Below, piece by piece: positions 12,191 to 26,149 of a stretch of DNA of 64,000 nucleotides. The notes beneath the pieces are model-generated. The model ran no database searches. It was not told where the DNA came from and worked only from the letters and a program-made list of their open reading frames with translations. A program made the translations under genes and the position numbers. The DNA is from Plasmodiophora brassicae (taxonomy: Eukaryota): contig CP145411.1 of assembly GCA_036867785.1 (NCBI GenBank), positions 1,116,001 to 1,180,000 on the forward strand, in the 5' to 3' direction. Position 1 is the first letter of the stretch. The number at the start of each line of letters is the position of its first letter.

Positions 12191-15100
12191 ATGGGGAAAG
12201 GCCATCTTGCGTCGTTCGAGGTGGCGGCCGCCGTCGCCGAGCTGGTCGGCGCTCTGGCGGGATGCCGACTGACGAACGTTTACGACCTTGGGCCGCGGAC
12301 GTATTTATTCAAGTTTGGGAGGCCCGGTGGCTATAAGGCGTTCCTCATCATTGAGTCTGGAGTCCGATTTCATCTGACAGCGGTATGAACGTACACCGTT
12401 TGGCGTATACCAGGGCGTCTAATTTCATCCGCCCTTGTCCAGTTCGAGCGAGAGACCAACCCCACGCCGAATACTTTTGCCATCAAGTTGCGCAAACACT
12501 TGCGAACAAAGTACTGTTTCGTTTAGTTCATGGTATGTACATTGCTTACCGGCACTGACAGGCGGCTTGATGGTATTCGACAATGCGGATTCGATCGTGT
12601 CCTGCAGTTGACGTTTGGAACCGGAACGCATGCGTACCACCTGTTTGTGGAGTTGCATTCAGGCGGAAATATCATCCTCACCGATTCCGGTTTGATTATT
12701 CTGAGCCTGCTGAGGCCATACGAGACACCTCAGGCGGGCAAAGTTGCTGTTCGGGAGCGATACCCGATCGAGCTATCAGCCGAGTTGCCGGCGGTGCCTT
12801 CCGAAATTTCTCTAGATTCCCCAACAAAGGGCATTCTGTCCACCTGCACAGGTCTGGGCTGGCCCAAACAACTCGTTGCACATGAACTGTACGAACGTGG
12901 AATATCACCGTCTTCCCCTCCGGGGTCCCCAGAACAGGTCATTGAGATCATCAGTGCCGTCAACGACTGGATTGCTCGAATACGTTCGTGCCAAACCGTC
13001 TCCCCAGGGTATATTTTCAAGAAGGATGGGAAGAATGTGGAGTTTAGTCCCTTCATTCTACATGAGCATGAAGGACGAGAGAGGGACGACTTTCCTACTT
13101 TCAACGAAGCGTTCGCAACATGGCTATTGTCGTACGTTTCTCTATCTTACGTGTTGTTCCCCAGAATGGATGCATTCTTTTCGAACATCGAATCTGAGCA
13201 GAAGGTGCAGCAGTCGGTCAAGACAGAGAAAAAGGTCATGTCGAAGGAAGAGAAGATGCGGAGAGACATCGAGCAGAGGGTATCGAACCTGGCCTCTGTA
13301 TCGGAAAAGAACGAGCGAGTTGCTGAGCTGATTATGACCAATCTGGAACTGGTATCGTTGCGCATGTCGATACAGAGACAGCGCCCTCATCTTTGTTGAT
13401 TAGGTCGATAATGCGATAACTGCCATGCGCGGTGAGATCGCTAGTGGTGCTGACTGGCGCGAATTGGAACGCGTTCTTGCCGAAGAGAAACGCATTGGCC
13501 TAAACCCAATTGCACAGTGCATCAAGTCGTTGCACTTCGATCGGAACGCGATTACTATAATTTTGGGCGAGAAGGGCACGCCTGTCGAGGTCGACCTGGC
13601 TTTATCTGCTCATGCAAACGCCAACGTATACTTTGACGCCAAGAAGAAGGCTGGTAGCAAGTCCCAAAGAACCTTGGTGTGGCCATGTGCTCGTTGCACC
13701 TGCTATGAATCTTACCGTTTTGGTACAGGCCGCTGCTGACATTGCCATTCGTAATGCTGTCTTGCACAGTGAGAAGGCGATGAAGAAGGCCCTAAAGAAG
13801 GGCATCGTCGGTGCACAAAGTTTGCATCTGCGTCGCAAGCCACACTGGTTTGAGAAATTGTAAGCGTCACTGCTGTGATCAACAAACTGCAGCGGCCTTA
13901 TGCAGGTGTTAGTCACTGGTTCATAACGAGTGATAATTTCATGGTCATTGGCGGCAGGGATGCTCAACAAAACGGTCAGTGCGTGTTCTATTGCGACATC
14001 ATGCTATGAGTAATAATAGCCGGGAACAGAGTTGGTCGTGCGACGGCACCTGAATGCGAACGATCTATACTTTCATGCTGATCTGCACGGAGCAAGCAGC
14101 GTCGTTCTTCTCAACCCTGACAACGTGCAACCCATCCCGCCGCGCTCATTGGAGGTTTGTCGTTTCTGGGCGTGCTGGTTCCGCAATTCTGACCATGTGT
14201 CCGTTAGGAGGCTGCCGCATTCACAATTTGTCGAAGCGCTGCCTGGGAAAGCCGAACCGTGATATCAGCATACTGGGTGCATGCTGACCAAGTAAACTCC
14301 CCGCCCGTTCAGGCATGCGCCCGGGACGTCATTAATCATGTTGTCCATGCAGGTTTCTAAAACCGCCCCGACTGGAATGTTCATAACGACTGGTAGTTTT
14401 ATGATCCGCGGCAAGCGCAACTACATGCCTCCTTCGCAGCTGCTAATGGGTTCGACGTCGTCATTCCACCTGCTGCACGTACACCTAAATATCAGTGGCA
14501 GGATTAACGTTCTTGTTTCGAGTGTCGGATGCAGACATTGCCAACCACGTCCATGAACGTTCCTCCATTGGGAATGGCGACGTTGACGACAATGCCGAGG
14601 TGCAATCCGATCGCGAAGAAGCCGACCTGTTCGACGAGGCCACTGTGGACGATGGCGGTGTTGAACCGGACACGGAGGTAGAACCCCAGGAAGTTTCCGT
14701 CCAGCCTCGCGAACCATCTCCTGTCGGTTTCGATGTTACCAGTTCGTTGGTTAAGTCCGCCGCCGCTTTCGAAATGAGTGCACGCGAAGCGGTTGTGGAC
14801 GATGCTGATGTAAAGGACAAAGAAGCCGACGACAACGCTGACGATGATGATCTGGTCAACACTGCCATGTTCGACACCCAGTCAGCAAAACCACGAGGGA
14901 AATCCAGAATGTCAGCGCGACAAAGAAGGCTACTTCGAAAGGGTTCGTTGTTAAGGTTGCTGACGCCATATTGTGTTAGCATGCTAAGCATTTGACAGGC
15001 GGTGCCTCTGATGAGATGTCAACCGAAGACGGAACGCGCCCGTCAGATACGGTCGTCGAGCCGGTCGCAAGCACTCCTGCAGAGCCGCCTGATGTGTTAC

Positions 15101-16084
15101 CTCGCGGCAAGCGTACCAAGATGAAGCGACTGAAGAAACGATACGCCGATCAGGTTGGCACGGTATCGTCTGATGAGAGCGAGAGCGAATATAACCAGAC
15201 GTGGAATAGGATGAGGAGGAACGCGAGCAGAGATTACGACTGCTTGGCAGTTCCGGTGTCAGAGATCTGCATGGGACGGCTGAGAAGGACGCGGAATCCG
15301 ATGTGGACGACGACGAAAAGGAGAACGGTGATGACGACAGCGAAAGCAGTGAAGACGCTTCGGCGACGGCTGCTCCAGAACAGGACTGGATCGTCAAAGT
15401 CTGTTTCCATTGCCATGGTTTGTCGTCCATCTTCTGTGTAGAGACGAACGTTGGTTTCGTCTGACGACGCCGTAGGTCAAGGACATGTCGTTCGCGAATG
15501 TCCCGAACTAGTCGGGGCAGACCAGAAGACCTTGAATAAGGCAGTCCAGTCAGGTAGGCCTATCCCGTGCTTTGACGTTACTGACTGTCGTTGATGACGT
15601 CCTGGGTAGGTCGAGACCTTGAACGCGAACAGTTGAAGGATCTTGCCAAGGAGGAATCCGCAGCCCAAGAGCAGTTCAACCTGCACTGCCTAACGGGAAA
15701 TCCGATAACCAGCGACACGATTCTCTATGCTCTGCCAATGTGTGCGCCGTATTCTGTCGTCAGGAACAACCGTTTTCGAGTGAAGGTTCTATTGTATTGC
15801 CAACAGTGTCTGACACGGTCGCATTGAGAGCATTGTAGGTCGTTCCGGGTGCCGAGAAGCGTGGACAGTCTGCAAAGACGGGCGTTTCGTTGGTGATGCG
15901 AATGTGCTCCGGGGACGACGCAGACAGAATCAAGGACGCCTTGAAGGCAGTCAACGACAACGACATTGCAATCACGTTGCCTGCAGGCACGAAAGTGTCG
16001 GCGCCCGGCCTCGCCGCTGTCGCGTCATCAGGCAAAGGGAAACCGTCAAAGAAGAACAGGGGCCCCAAGAAGAAGAAACGCTAA
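12191..16084 (+). CDS. NEMF: NEMF/Rqc2 ribosome quality control subunit with CCHC zinc knuckle (many exons)
   Basis: [112 protein letters not shown]. Confidence 0.95.
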
Positions 16085-16128
16085 ACATAAAGTTTGAATG
16101 GAATTACCGACCAGTAGGCAGTACGGAG

Positions 16129-17104
16129 ATGTTTGCGCAATCGTCAGCGATGGCAACCGCCAGCCTGGGGCCGTGGCCTGCGCTGCCGTCGTGCACGACA
16201 ATGGGGTCACCTACGATCCTTGACGACATCCTTACGACGATGGTGACATCGGTGACCGGCGGGATCGCACGTGTTTTTATGACCCGACTGAATACGACCA
16301 GGGTCGGCAACGGCAACGGGCCGTCCTTTGCACAGTCGCTTAATGGCGTTGCCGTAGGTTGAGTCGCACGACGTCTTCTTGAAGGCCGTCACCGAGCGCC
16401 CCGCAAACCGGGGCCTAGTAACTGTGTCCAATCATGTATCCGCTCTGGATGACCCGTTGACGATCGCGTCAATGACGCCCCTGCGGGTTCTTCTGAACAC
16501 CCGCGGCGTTCGTTGGGGACTGTACTGCCGTCTGCTGCATGCTGAACGACTGCGTGTATAACGATTCATGTTCAGGTGTGCAACGGACAGATGCTTCCAC
16601 AATGCCGTTCTGGCACGGTTCGTGTCGAAAGGGAAGGTTCTCCCTATCGCGCGTGGCCGAGGCATGTACCAGCAGGGCATGCAAGACGCGCTGGATCGGC
16701 TCGATCACGGCGACTGGGTGCACGGTCTGTGCGTTCTGCTGAAACGCAATCAAGCGCGCCTCTAACTCGCACCAACAGTGTTTCCCGAAGGGACGCGCTC
16801 GAAGACGGGAGAAATTCTGCCCTTGAAATCCGGCGTCGGTCGTCTGATCTGCGATGCAAAAGTGACCCCTGTTGTTGTGCCGTACTACCACGAGGGAATG
16901 CAGCGGATCATGTCGCGCGGAAGTGCCCGCCTGGGCGTTGGGCAGACCGTGAATATTGTCGTTGGAGAACCCATCGATTTCGACGACATTTTCGAACGGT
17001 TCAAAGGGTGCACCGATCGCACGGCGCTGTACGAGGCAGTAACAGAGCGAATCGCCCAGAGGTTGTCTGAATTGCGGAACCGAGCCAGTGAGCAGGCGCT
17101 GTGA
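16129..17104 (+). CDS. TAZ: Tafazzin-family phospholipid acyltransferase (4 exons)
   Basis: GLVTVSNHVSALDDP (NHx4D), RWGL.CATDRCF, GKVLPIARGRGMYQ, WVH.FPEG, LKSGVGRLI. Confidence 0.9.
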
Positions 17105-17134
17105 CTATATATAATTCATATATAAGAGATTTCA

Positions 17135-18592
17135 CTACCCTATTGATGGACCCGGGCCTGTCCGTGCACCTGATGCATCACCTTGGTCGGCGTCATCCTC
17201 CACAGCGGCTGCGGTGGAAGGGTCCATGAGGTCAGGCACGGCGGTCGGGTAGTAGAAATACGACTGGGCACTTCTTTGCAGGTCCTCGGGGGTCGAGAGC
17301 ATAAAGGTCGACGGATTTAGGTTGGAGTGGCTCTGTGCAGAGCATAAGCGTCATCGACAAAGTTCGCATTGACGGCAGTACCGATGATCTGCCGAAGTTC
17401 ACGTTGAGCGTGCGGTCGAACAGAACCGGAGGGAACATGGTAAGATGATCTCTTGCCCATATCGAGTCGCTGATGTTGGAGTACACGACAAACGCGTAGC
17501 ACCGGTCGTAGAATCGTTTGATACGTTGAACTTCCCCGAACTGCTGGAACAAGGCAAACATCGTCGCTTGGGACGCCTCGGGGTCGATGTTCCCAACAAA
17601 CAGTTGCCTGGATGGCTTGGCGTAGTTGTAATGAGAGCCACAGCTGACCGGGTTCCGACCGGACTGCCGCCCGGATGCATGTGACCTTGAGTAGCCAGTT
17701 GAAACGTTCTGATGGCAGTCCTGGGTAGCACGATGCCGTTGCCTGTTATGCGGCCCATGCCGTTTCGAATCCTGCCACTGGAAATTGATGGTGATTTCGG
17801 AATCTGCTATCCGATGGCCATTCAACTGCTGCGCGGCGATCAGCGCCGCCTGCTCGGAAACCATATTCACGAAAGCACACTTGTTGTTCCTCAATATTCG
17901 AACGCTTTCGACTTCGCCAAACTGCACGCACCGATTGCTGATCAGGTGCCGTCCAGCGAACGCACCGCTTAAACGAAATAATACCTTCTGGAAGGCTTCC
18001 GTAAGAGAAGCTTCATCAACGCCAGGTCCGACATTGCCAACCCATAGATGTCGGGAGCAACGCCCAACATTCCTGCGAATACGTCAGGCGTCGCGCACAA
18101 GACTGAGCGGATGGCAACCAGCCCTTACAGTGTCAAGGCCATAGATCCCATCATTGTATTCTCCATCGCAGCCTACACGGGACGGTTAGTGACGAGCGCA
18201 CAGGCGCATAGAGGCGGACGCCAAGTCCATACCTGCGCCGCTAGAGCCTGATCTGAAGTCTCATATGTAATGAACGCGCATTTCGACTTGGGAAACATCC
18301 TCAGCAGTCGGATTGGTCCAAACCGAGAGAATTCGCTTCTGAACTCTGCCTCGGTCACTTTGGGGCAAACGTTGCCCACCCAGATGCACGACGACGGTAT
18401 CATCGACTGATGGCGAATGTCAGCGCGACGGCACACATTCCAGATAGCCGGCGATTGACGAACCGCTTTCGATTCGGGTAACGTTGCTGCACTACGAGGC
18501 GCCCGGGTACCCGTATTTCTAGTAGACGGCTGAAATACGTCCGCGTCAGCGTTGAACGGCGGCTTCCGGGGCGACGCGTTCGACGACACCAT
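17135..18592 (-). CDS. RNA-binding protein with three RRM domains
   Basis: Three RNP2/RNP1 pairs: IWVGNV..KCAFITY, LWVGNV..KCAFVNM, LFVGNI..CYAFVVY. Confidence 0.85.
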
Positions 18593-19031
18593 TCGCCGTG
18601 CGATCGCGAAGGGCCGTCGCGCCAATCTGTCTGTCCACCCAGGCACGTCGCGCTGTCACGCCGTTGTGACGGACAGCACGGGGCCCCAAAGCTGACAACA
18701 CGGCCCGACCCTCGACACCGCGTCCGCCTTCTAGCCGCTCCCGCCCGCGCACTCCGTATGGCAGCGACACGGGCTCTCCGCTCCTGCCTGACGACCACGA
18801 CGACACCTCAGGCGACCGACGACGCCACCGGTTGCCGAACTTCCGCCCGCGCCTCCAAATACAAGTGCAGCTGCTGCAGTTGCGGGCCCGCTGCTGCCTC
18901 TGAAGCAGTCCTAATTTTAGAACGGCAGGGTTCGCGCATTCGGCATTCGGCACGAAAATGGACGGCGGGTTGCCCCCCGCCCGTGCCCGGAAATAAAACA
19001 CAGCAAGCCGCCTGGCCGTTTTACTGCCCTG

Positions 19032-20753
19032 TTACACGGAACAGGACCGGGACCTCAACTGGTCGTCAGTCGTGTCGACCGACCGGCGATTAAGGGCGCC
19101 GCCGCATGATTTTCTGTCGACAGTGTTGATGGCGACGCCGATGAGGGCGCCTAGGGCGGCCAGAACGGACAGGAAGACCTCGGAAGCCGTGTAGGAACCG
19201 GTGCGGTCGTGGAGGAGGCCGACAATACCAGGGATGCCAGCAAGGCCAACGTTCTGGATGGCCGTCGCGATTCCGTATGCGGTCCCGAGATACTCTTGAT
19301 CAACGACAATCGCCACACAGGGCCAGATGGCGGCGGCGAATATGGAATATGCCGCCCCCATCATAATTAACGGGAACAGTGGAGACCACGATGTAGCCGC
19401 AAACATGGCATGGGCGAACACGAGCAAGGCGGCTGATGCCGTTAGGCAAATACCTCGTTTCCCAACATTGTCGATCAGTGCGCCCAGGAACGGTGATGTC
19501 AGCGCCGAAATCGTGAATGGAATGGACATGTAAAGTACGGCGAGAGCTGAAGAGTATCCATTACGCTGCTCCAGCAGAGCCTCTGGTACAATACATACCC
19601 TTCAGCAAATACTTCTACGTTATGGTGCCGACATACCGGCGACATCGTTGAACGGCAGTATCGTCGAGTAGACGACAACACAAGACCCACAGAGAAGCCT
19701 GGGTGTACACGTGTCACATGGGCAATTAGAGTTATGGGCAATACAGACTGACCAAAAGATCAGTGGCATCTTGGAAACGGATTCGATTAGTCCCGCTGCG
19801 TCAGGTTCAGCACCTGAACGCGACTCGTCGTCGACGACGCTTCGCGTTTCCGGTATCTCTTCGGCTGAACTGGCAGGATTACGATAAACAACGTCAATCG
19901 CGACCATGGCGATAATGCAAATTAAGGAAACGGTCGTAAAAACAGTTCCTAAGGTGACAACCGTTAGACTTGTACAGCCGTGCAGAACGAAATGCACAGC
20001 ACACCAAGAGCAACAGCTTCGCCAATGCCAAACGTCCTGTACATCAGGGCGGATAAGTTGTTATTCGCGACGCTTCCGAAACGCGAGATCGTCAACGAAA
20101 CTGCCATGGCAAGCGCCACCTCAGCATGGCTAAACACGATGGCGAGAAGAGCCGAGTTCGCCACAGTCAACGACTCCCCTCCCAGACCAAAGACGAAGCG
20201 CCCAGCGAGGCAAATGTAAAAATTCGACCTCACTACGCCAAACGTGAACACGGCTTGACCTACATCACCAATCAGATCGGCAGAACGTGGAAGCTGATTG
20301 AAAACACACCCAGCAATACGAGTAGGGCGAAAATGAGCAGGCATCGCCGATAACCAAGTTTATCGGTCAGGAATCCACCAAACAACTAAAGCATAAACGT
20401 AAGCCGATGTGGGCGACAGGGCAACACGCGAAACCGTCAACCGACCGGGATGATGCAGTTTGGTGCCGAATAAACGGTGTACAGGAGATTGTACTCGAAA
20501 CTCGACAGGCCCATATAGGAAGATAGTTCAACGTTTAGCGCCGACGGAATGTCAAATACCTGATGCGACACGTCACTACTTATTCCGGAACGTTCTCACC
20601 CCCATGCGCTACATAATACGATCCGAACAGACCAAGACAGCTAAGGATTAGAATCAACCATCGGATGCCGTTTGGAGCGGAGCGGCCGACTCCCAGGAGG
20701 GCCGCAGAGAGCCCATCATGCTGTGATCGTCGGGATTCCTGCCCACCCGCCAT
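19032..20753 (-). CDS. MFSD1: MFSD1-like lysosomal MFS transporter
   Basis: Spliced RWLILILSCLGLFGSYYVFDIPSAL, LLYTVYSAPN, FGGFLTDKLG, GRFVFGLGGESL, LGTAYGIATAIQNVGL; N-terminal dileucine-like DGLSAALL. Confidence 0.88.
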
Positions 20754-20998
20754 CGGGACGCGCCGATATATTTACAATGCACTTTGCGATGTTGCGCGCT
20801 CCGAGCCACTATCAGCCGCCGCCCGTCAACCAATCGAGAGAGACCTTCCAACACATTCGGATTCGATGCGCTCAGCCGTTCTTGTGAGGGACGTACTCCT
20901 TTGCTACAAAGGAAGTTATGTTGAATATTCTGCATGTCGTCACGACCGTTCACTGGGTGTGTGCTTGCACACTGTTGCGGTAGCAGTTGACCACTTCC

Positions 20999-21445
20999 AT
21001 GTCGTCCGGCGGCGATGACGGCGCGCACCATGCTGCAAATAGGGACGAGGCGGCGAGATGTTTGGAGATCGCGGCGCAGGCTCTAGCGAGTGGCGACCAC
21101 TCGCGTGCCAATCGGTTGCTGGATCGGGCAGAGAGGCTGGATGACACTCTGCGTGATCGCGTTCGTGCCATGCGCCCGAGACGACAATGGGTCAGCCCCG
21201 CGTATCGCGACCTGCTGCGCGCCATGGCGGTCCTTGTTGTCGTCCTCGGCGGCCATAAACTCGCCTATGGACCAAAGTCAACCGTATCGTGGAAGAACCT
21301 CGGCACGTTGCCCGGCGACATCTACTACCGATCCCCGTCAACGTCCATCTTCATACCAATCACAACCACGGTCCTTATCGCTGTCCTGCTCCAGTCATTT
21401 GCTATTGTTGTTGATTGGTTAAGAACGCTTTTCAATACACGGTAG
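20999..21445 (+). CDS. Small intronless membrane protein: DNAJB12/14-like N-terminal helical segment plus DUF2905-like C-terminus
   Basis: ANRDEAARCLEIAAQALASGDHSRANRLLDRAERL, then a hydrophobic helix, then LGTLPGDIYY...FIPITTTVLIAVLL. Confidence 0.7.
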   Translation: MSSGGDDGAHHAANRDEAARCLEIAAQALASGDHSRANRLLDRAERLDDTLRDRVRAMRPRRQWVSPAYRDLLRAMAVLVVVLGGHKLAYGPKSTVSWKNLGTLPGDIYYRSPSTSIFIPITTTVLIAVLLQSFAIVVDWLRTLFNTR

Positions 21446-21793
21446 TTGGTTTTCAAGTACACTGCACTTTCAGTCACGGGTGTGGTTCTAGAACGCCCAC
21501 ATCAGGCTCCCTGGAAGCATACTACGGACGGCGCACATGCGACAGCCGACGATATTTTCTTTATACCACTACCTACTCTGGTTGATATGCAGCATCGTCA
21601 GCCAGTGAATATCTGCGCGGCTGTGCGGCGGGATCGCATTCTCTGCGCCCATGGACGTTCACATTGGGCGGCCGCCGGCAAAGAACTTTGTCCGTGAATG
21701 GCGCGCTTTTATTTTGTGTTTCAGCGCAGACCGCAGTCCGTGGGAAGGCGCGTCATTGGAGTCCGTCATCAGGAGGGTCCAACGAGTGGCATT

Positions 21794-23037
21794 ATGGCCG
21801 ACTGTTCGCCACTGACGGCAGTCGGTCCACATGGTCGCACCGGCGGTGCGTCCCAACGGATTGAGGAAGGGCGTGGTGATAGACGCGCTGCTGTGCTGGC
21901 GTCTACGCCCATGCAGGCGGCGGTGATGTCGCCGCCGGCGTCGCCTACGTTCCACTCCGGGATGTCGGTGGATGACAACGACGGCGACAAGGGCCCGATA
22001 TCCAACAGCCGGATGGACAGTTCATTGGGAATACTCACAAAGAAATTCGTCCAGCTTCTACAAAACGAGTCTAGTGGAATACTCGACTTGAACGCCGCGG
22101 CCGTCAAGCTTGGTGCGTTGCCCTTTCAGGATGCCAATCTGCATAGACTAATGGTATCCACTTCAGGTGTTCAGAAGCGTAGGATATATGACATCACCAA
22201 TGTTCTCGAGGGCATCGGTATGATTGAGAAGAAGTCCAAGAACATGATCCAGTGGAGTGCGAATGGAGGTAGGAAACGACAATGACTGTTTTTTATGTTC
22301 GATGTGCGCTAACGCTATGTCAGTAAATGAACAGGCCCTGAAAGCGGATGGCGCCGCAGAAACTAACGACCTCCGTTCAGAGATCGGTCAGCTGGAGCTA
22401 GACGAAAGAGTTCTCGATGAGTACATTGCTAAGATGGATGAGCTTGTGAAGAACCTCGAAGGTATTTGTGTTGTTCTGAAATCTGGACGCGTTGTTAAAA
22501 TTCCATTCCAGCGGAGGAGTCGTCTGCACATCTCGGCTATGTAACGTACGAAGATATTCGATCCAACTTGGGCAATCGCGGCGACACGCTTCTCGCGGTC
22601 AAAGCTCCACCAGGAACGACCGTTACGCTGCACGGGCCTGATCAGGTTCGCTGATGCCCTACGGTTTGTTATTCCCTCGTCTCTAACTTGCTCCCTAGGG
22701 CTCAGCAAATTCCGATATGAAGCACAAGGTTTCGTTCTTGAGCAACTCGGGCGACCCTGTCGATGTGTTCATAATAAGTCAGCACGAAGTGAAGGTAATG
22801 CCCGCCCTGTCGTCGACCAAAGTTTACACTTTAACTGACTCCGGAACCCAGTCTGCATCAGATGAGGGTCGGGGATATCAGGTGGCACCGGCAAAGGACC
22901 TTAGCGACTTCGTTCCACCCCCGCGGGCGCGACAAGATATCCATCTCGATTCGGACATCTACTTGGATCTTGATATGACGGCATTCGACAGTACTGAACT
23001 CTATGGGCACGAAGGGATGTCCGATATTTATAAATAA
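21794..23037 (+). CDS. E2F: E2F transcription factor (start codon uncertain)
   Basis: [53 protein letters not shown], coiled coil, marked box [18 protein letters not shown], Rb-binding-like tail [10 protein letters not shown]. Confidence 0.95.
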
Positions 23038-23236
23038 GCTGTATTGTGTTAAACATGATCCTGTGCGGTCGGGGTATCCTATGCTGCCACAGGAATGCTG
23101 CCAACGACTCTATGTCGGCTTGGGATAATCTAAGTTGCCTCTCCAACATCCAGAACGGCAACAAAGGCGTCGTCTGAGGACGACGTTCAACGAAGTACCA
23201 AGGTTGTCCTTCCTGCAAAGGAAATGTTCCAGCAGT

Positions 23237-23916
23237 TCATTTTGTAAACTGGTTTTCCTCGATGATTGCTGTGATGACGTAGAACACAGTAGAGAATGCG
23301 GCAATGACAGGCAGGTAAGTCGTTGTTGATGTGTAGAACAAACCCGCAAGACCACAAATAGTCATCGATGAACCGAGATACTGCGGATGGGGGATCTTCA
23401 CGCCAAACAGGTGGAAAGGGAATCCCGTGTACCTGTGAAGCGTTCAGGCCATGGCACACACGCGCTCTGGAAAACGTATCAACCATGGAACTGGTCGTCC
23501 CAGCCGAATTCCGTAATAGACTCCATCATGCCCAATCGCCCAATAGATGGCCGCGTTGAGGATCTGGCCTAGGATCACAGCGAGCACGCACACGACAAAC
23601 CGGAACGACAACGGCGACGGGAACTCTTTGGCAACAGGAGGGTGAAGAACCGCCCACCTACAATCGTACAGCAATTACAGTTCTCGTCGGCACAGTCACT
23701 TTAAAAGAACATATTGTCCGCAACATACCATAGGATGACGATCAGCTGCAGCACCTTGAACATTGTTGCAAGCGAGGCAAACACGGTGACAGCATGCGCT
23801 GCGGCCCACTTCTTTGTCCCAGCGATGAACAAATCGGGACGAACCCAGACGTAGGCATAGAACCAGTGGGGCAACGAGAACACTGCAATGGCGATCCAGG
23901 TCGACGCGTCCAACAT
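23237..23916 (-). CDS. Phospholipid N-methyltransferase (PLMT/PEMT family)
   Basis: LPHWFYAYVW, GQILNAAIYWAIGHDGVYYGIRLGRPVPW, FPF....HPQY. Confidence 0.88.
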
Positions 23917-24010
23917 CGTGCAGCTCTATCCGAATGTCCGTGACGAGAGTTCGTTTGCAGCCTTCGATTGTTTAGTAACGTTTACAATACTTTTATCCTG
24001 ATTTGGAATC

Positions 24011-24033
24011 TTGAGGTGTTGATTAAAACACCA
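24011..24033 (-). promoter_or_regulatory. H3 3' stem-loop (GGTGTT-TTAATC-AACACC-TCAA)
   Basis: Perfect 6-bp stem about 31 nt after the H3 stop; near-identical copy after H4. Confidence 0.75.
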
Positions 24034-24063
24034 ATAATTAGATAAAGCAGTCAGGCAGGAAGC

Positions 24064-25165
<1,102 letters not shown>

Positions 25166-25190
25166 TCCGTTGTACTGCATATCTATAATA

Positions 25191-25213
25191 TGGTGTTATA
25201 ATCAACACCTCAA
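25191..25213 (+). promoter_or_regulatory. H4 3' stem-loop (GGTGTT-ATAATC-AACACC-TCAA)
   Basis: Perfect 6-bp stem 26 nt after the H4 stop; 22/23 identical to the H3 element. Confidence 0.75.
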
Positions 25214-25497
25214 ACGTCACAATATACTTGCAAATCGCGCATCTGGTCTCCGATTGCGATGGTCGATTTCTCTGTCCTGAAAGGGTAGGCTGACCCTGGA
25301 GATGGTCTAATTGGCGAACTGCGACCCACTTGCCTGCCGAGGAATCACAACCGCTCCTGGAACTGAGAGTGGGAAGGGCCGTTTTAACAAAAAATTATCG
25401 TCCAGCAGACGTGCCTTTTTCGTTGGGGGTCGTGGGAGTGGGCGCCCCGTCGTGTCTGCGGACGTTGCAGGATCCGAACCCGGGGATCAGGTCTGGA

Positions 25498-25877
25498 ATG
25501 GCGTCAGACGGCACCATTCATTCGGAGACGGTCCCGTTTGGCGACCTGATTGCAGCGTACGCCCTGTTCGAGAAGGCGTGCGTGGACTCGCGTCGCGCGT
25601 ACTGCGAATGCAAGCAGAAGACGCCGGCCCCGTTCGCCTGTCAGGACTACGCACGAGTCGTCAAGAAGGATTACGAGAAACAGTAACGCGCCGATTCGCC
25701 GTCGACGCCGTTCGGAGATGAGCTGACATCCTGTATAGGCTTGACCGCCTGTACAAGTCGGCGTGCAAGCCGCTGCACGAACAGCTGGCGAAATGCCTGG
25801 TGAAGGATAACTTCCGTTGGCACGAGTGCATGAAACTGGGCAAAGAGTTCCGCGCGTGCGTCGAGAAGAACCTCTGA
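25498..25877 (+). CDS. NDUFA8: NDUFA8-like CX9C complex I accessory subunit (2 exons)
   Basis: DLIAAYALFEKACVDSRRAYCECK..P.AC..; exon 2 CKPLHEQLAKCLVKDNFRWHECMKLGKEFRACVEKNL*. Confidence 0.7.
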
Positions 25878-26149
25878 TCAGCAATCCAGTAAACCTATTC
25901 GACCCTGCTGGATTTGTCTGTGCCCCATATGAGTCGGCTCTGACACCAAACATCAGCCATCCGGAATGTATCAAACAGGATGTGGACCGTGACGATGCAG
26001 AGACGGGAAGGTCCACCGGCGGCCAGCAACACCATAGTACCACGATTGGACTGCTCTGTGACTGTCCAACCCGTCGGCTGCCTTGGCGAGCGAGCCAGCG
26101 CAACGTTCCAGAACGACAGCAAGGGCAGGTGTGCATAGAGCAGGCACCA

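Noticed and set aside
15400-15505. Zinc knuckle in NEMF as a novelty
   Set aside because: A CCHC knuckle is already known in plant NEMF homologs.
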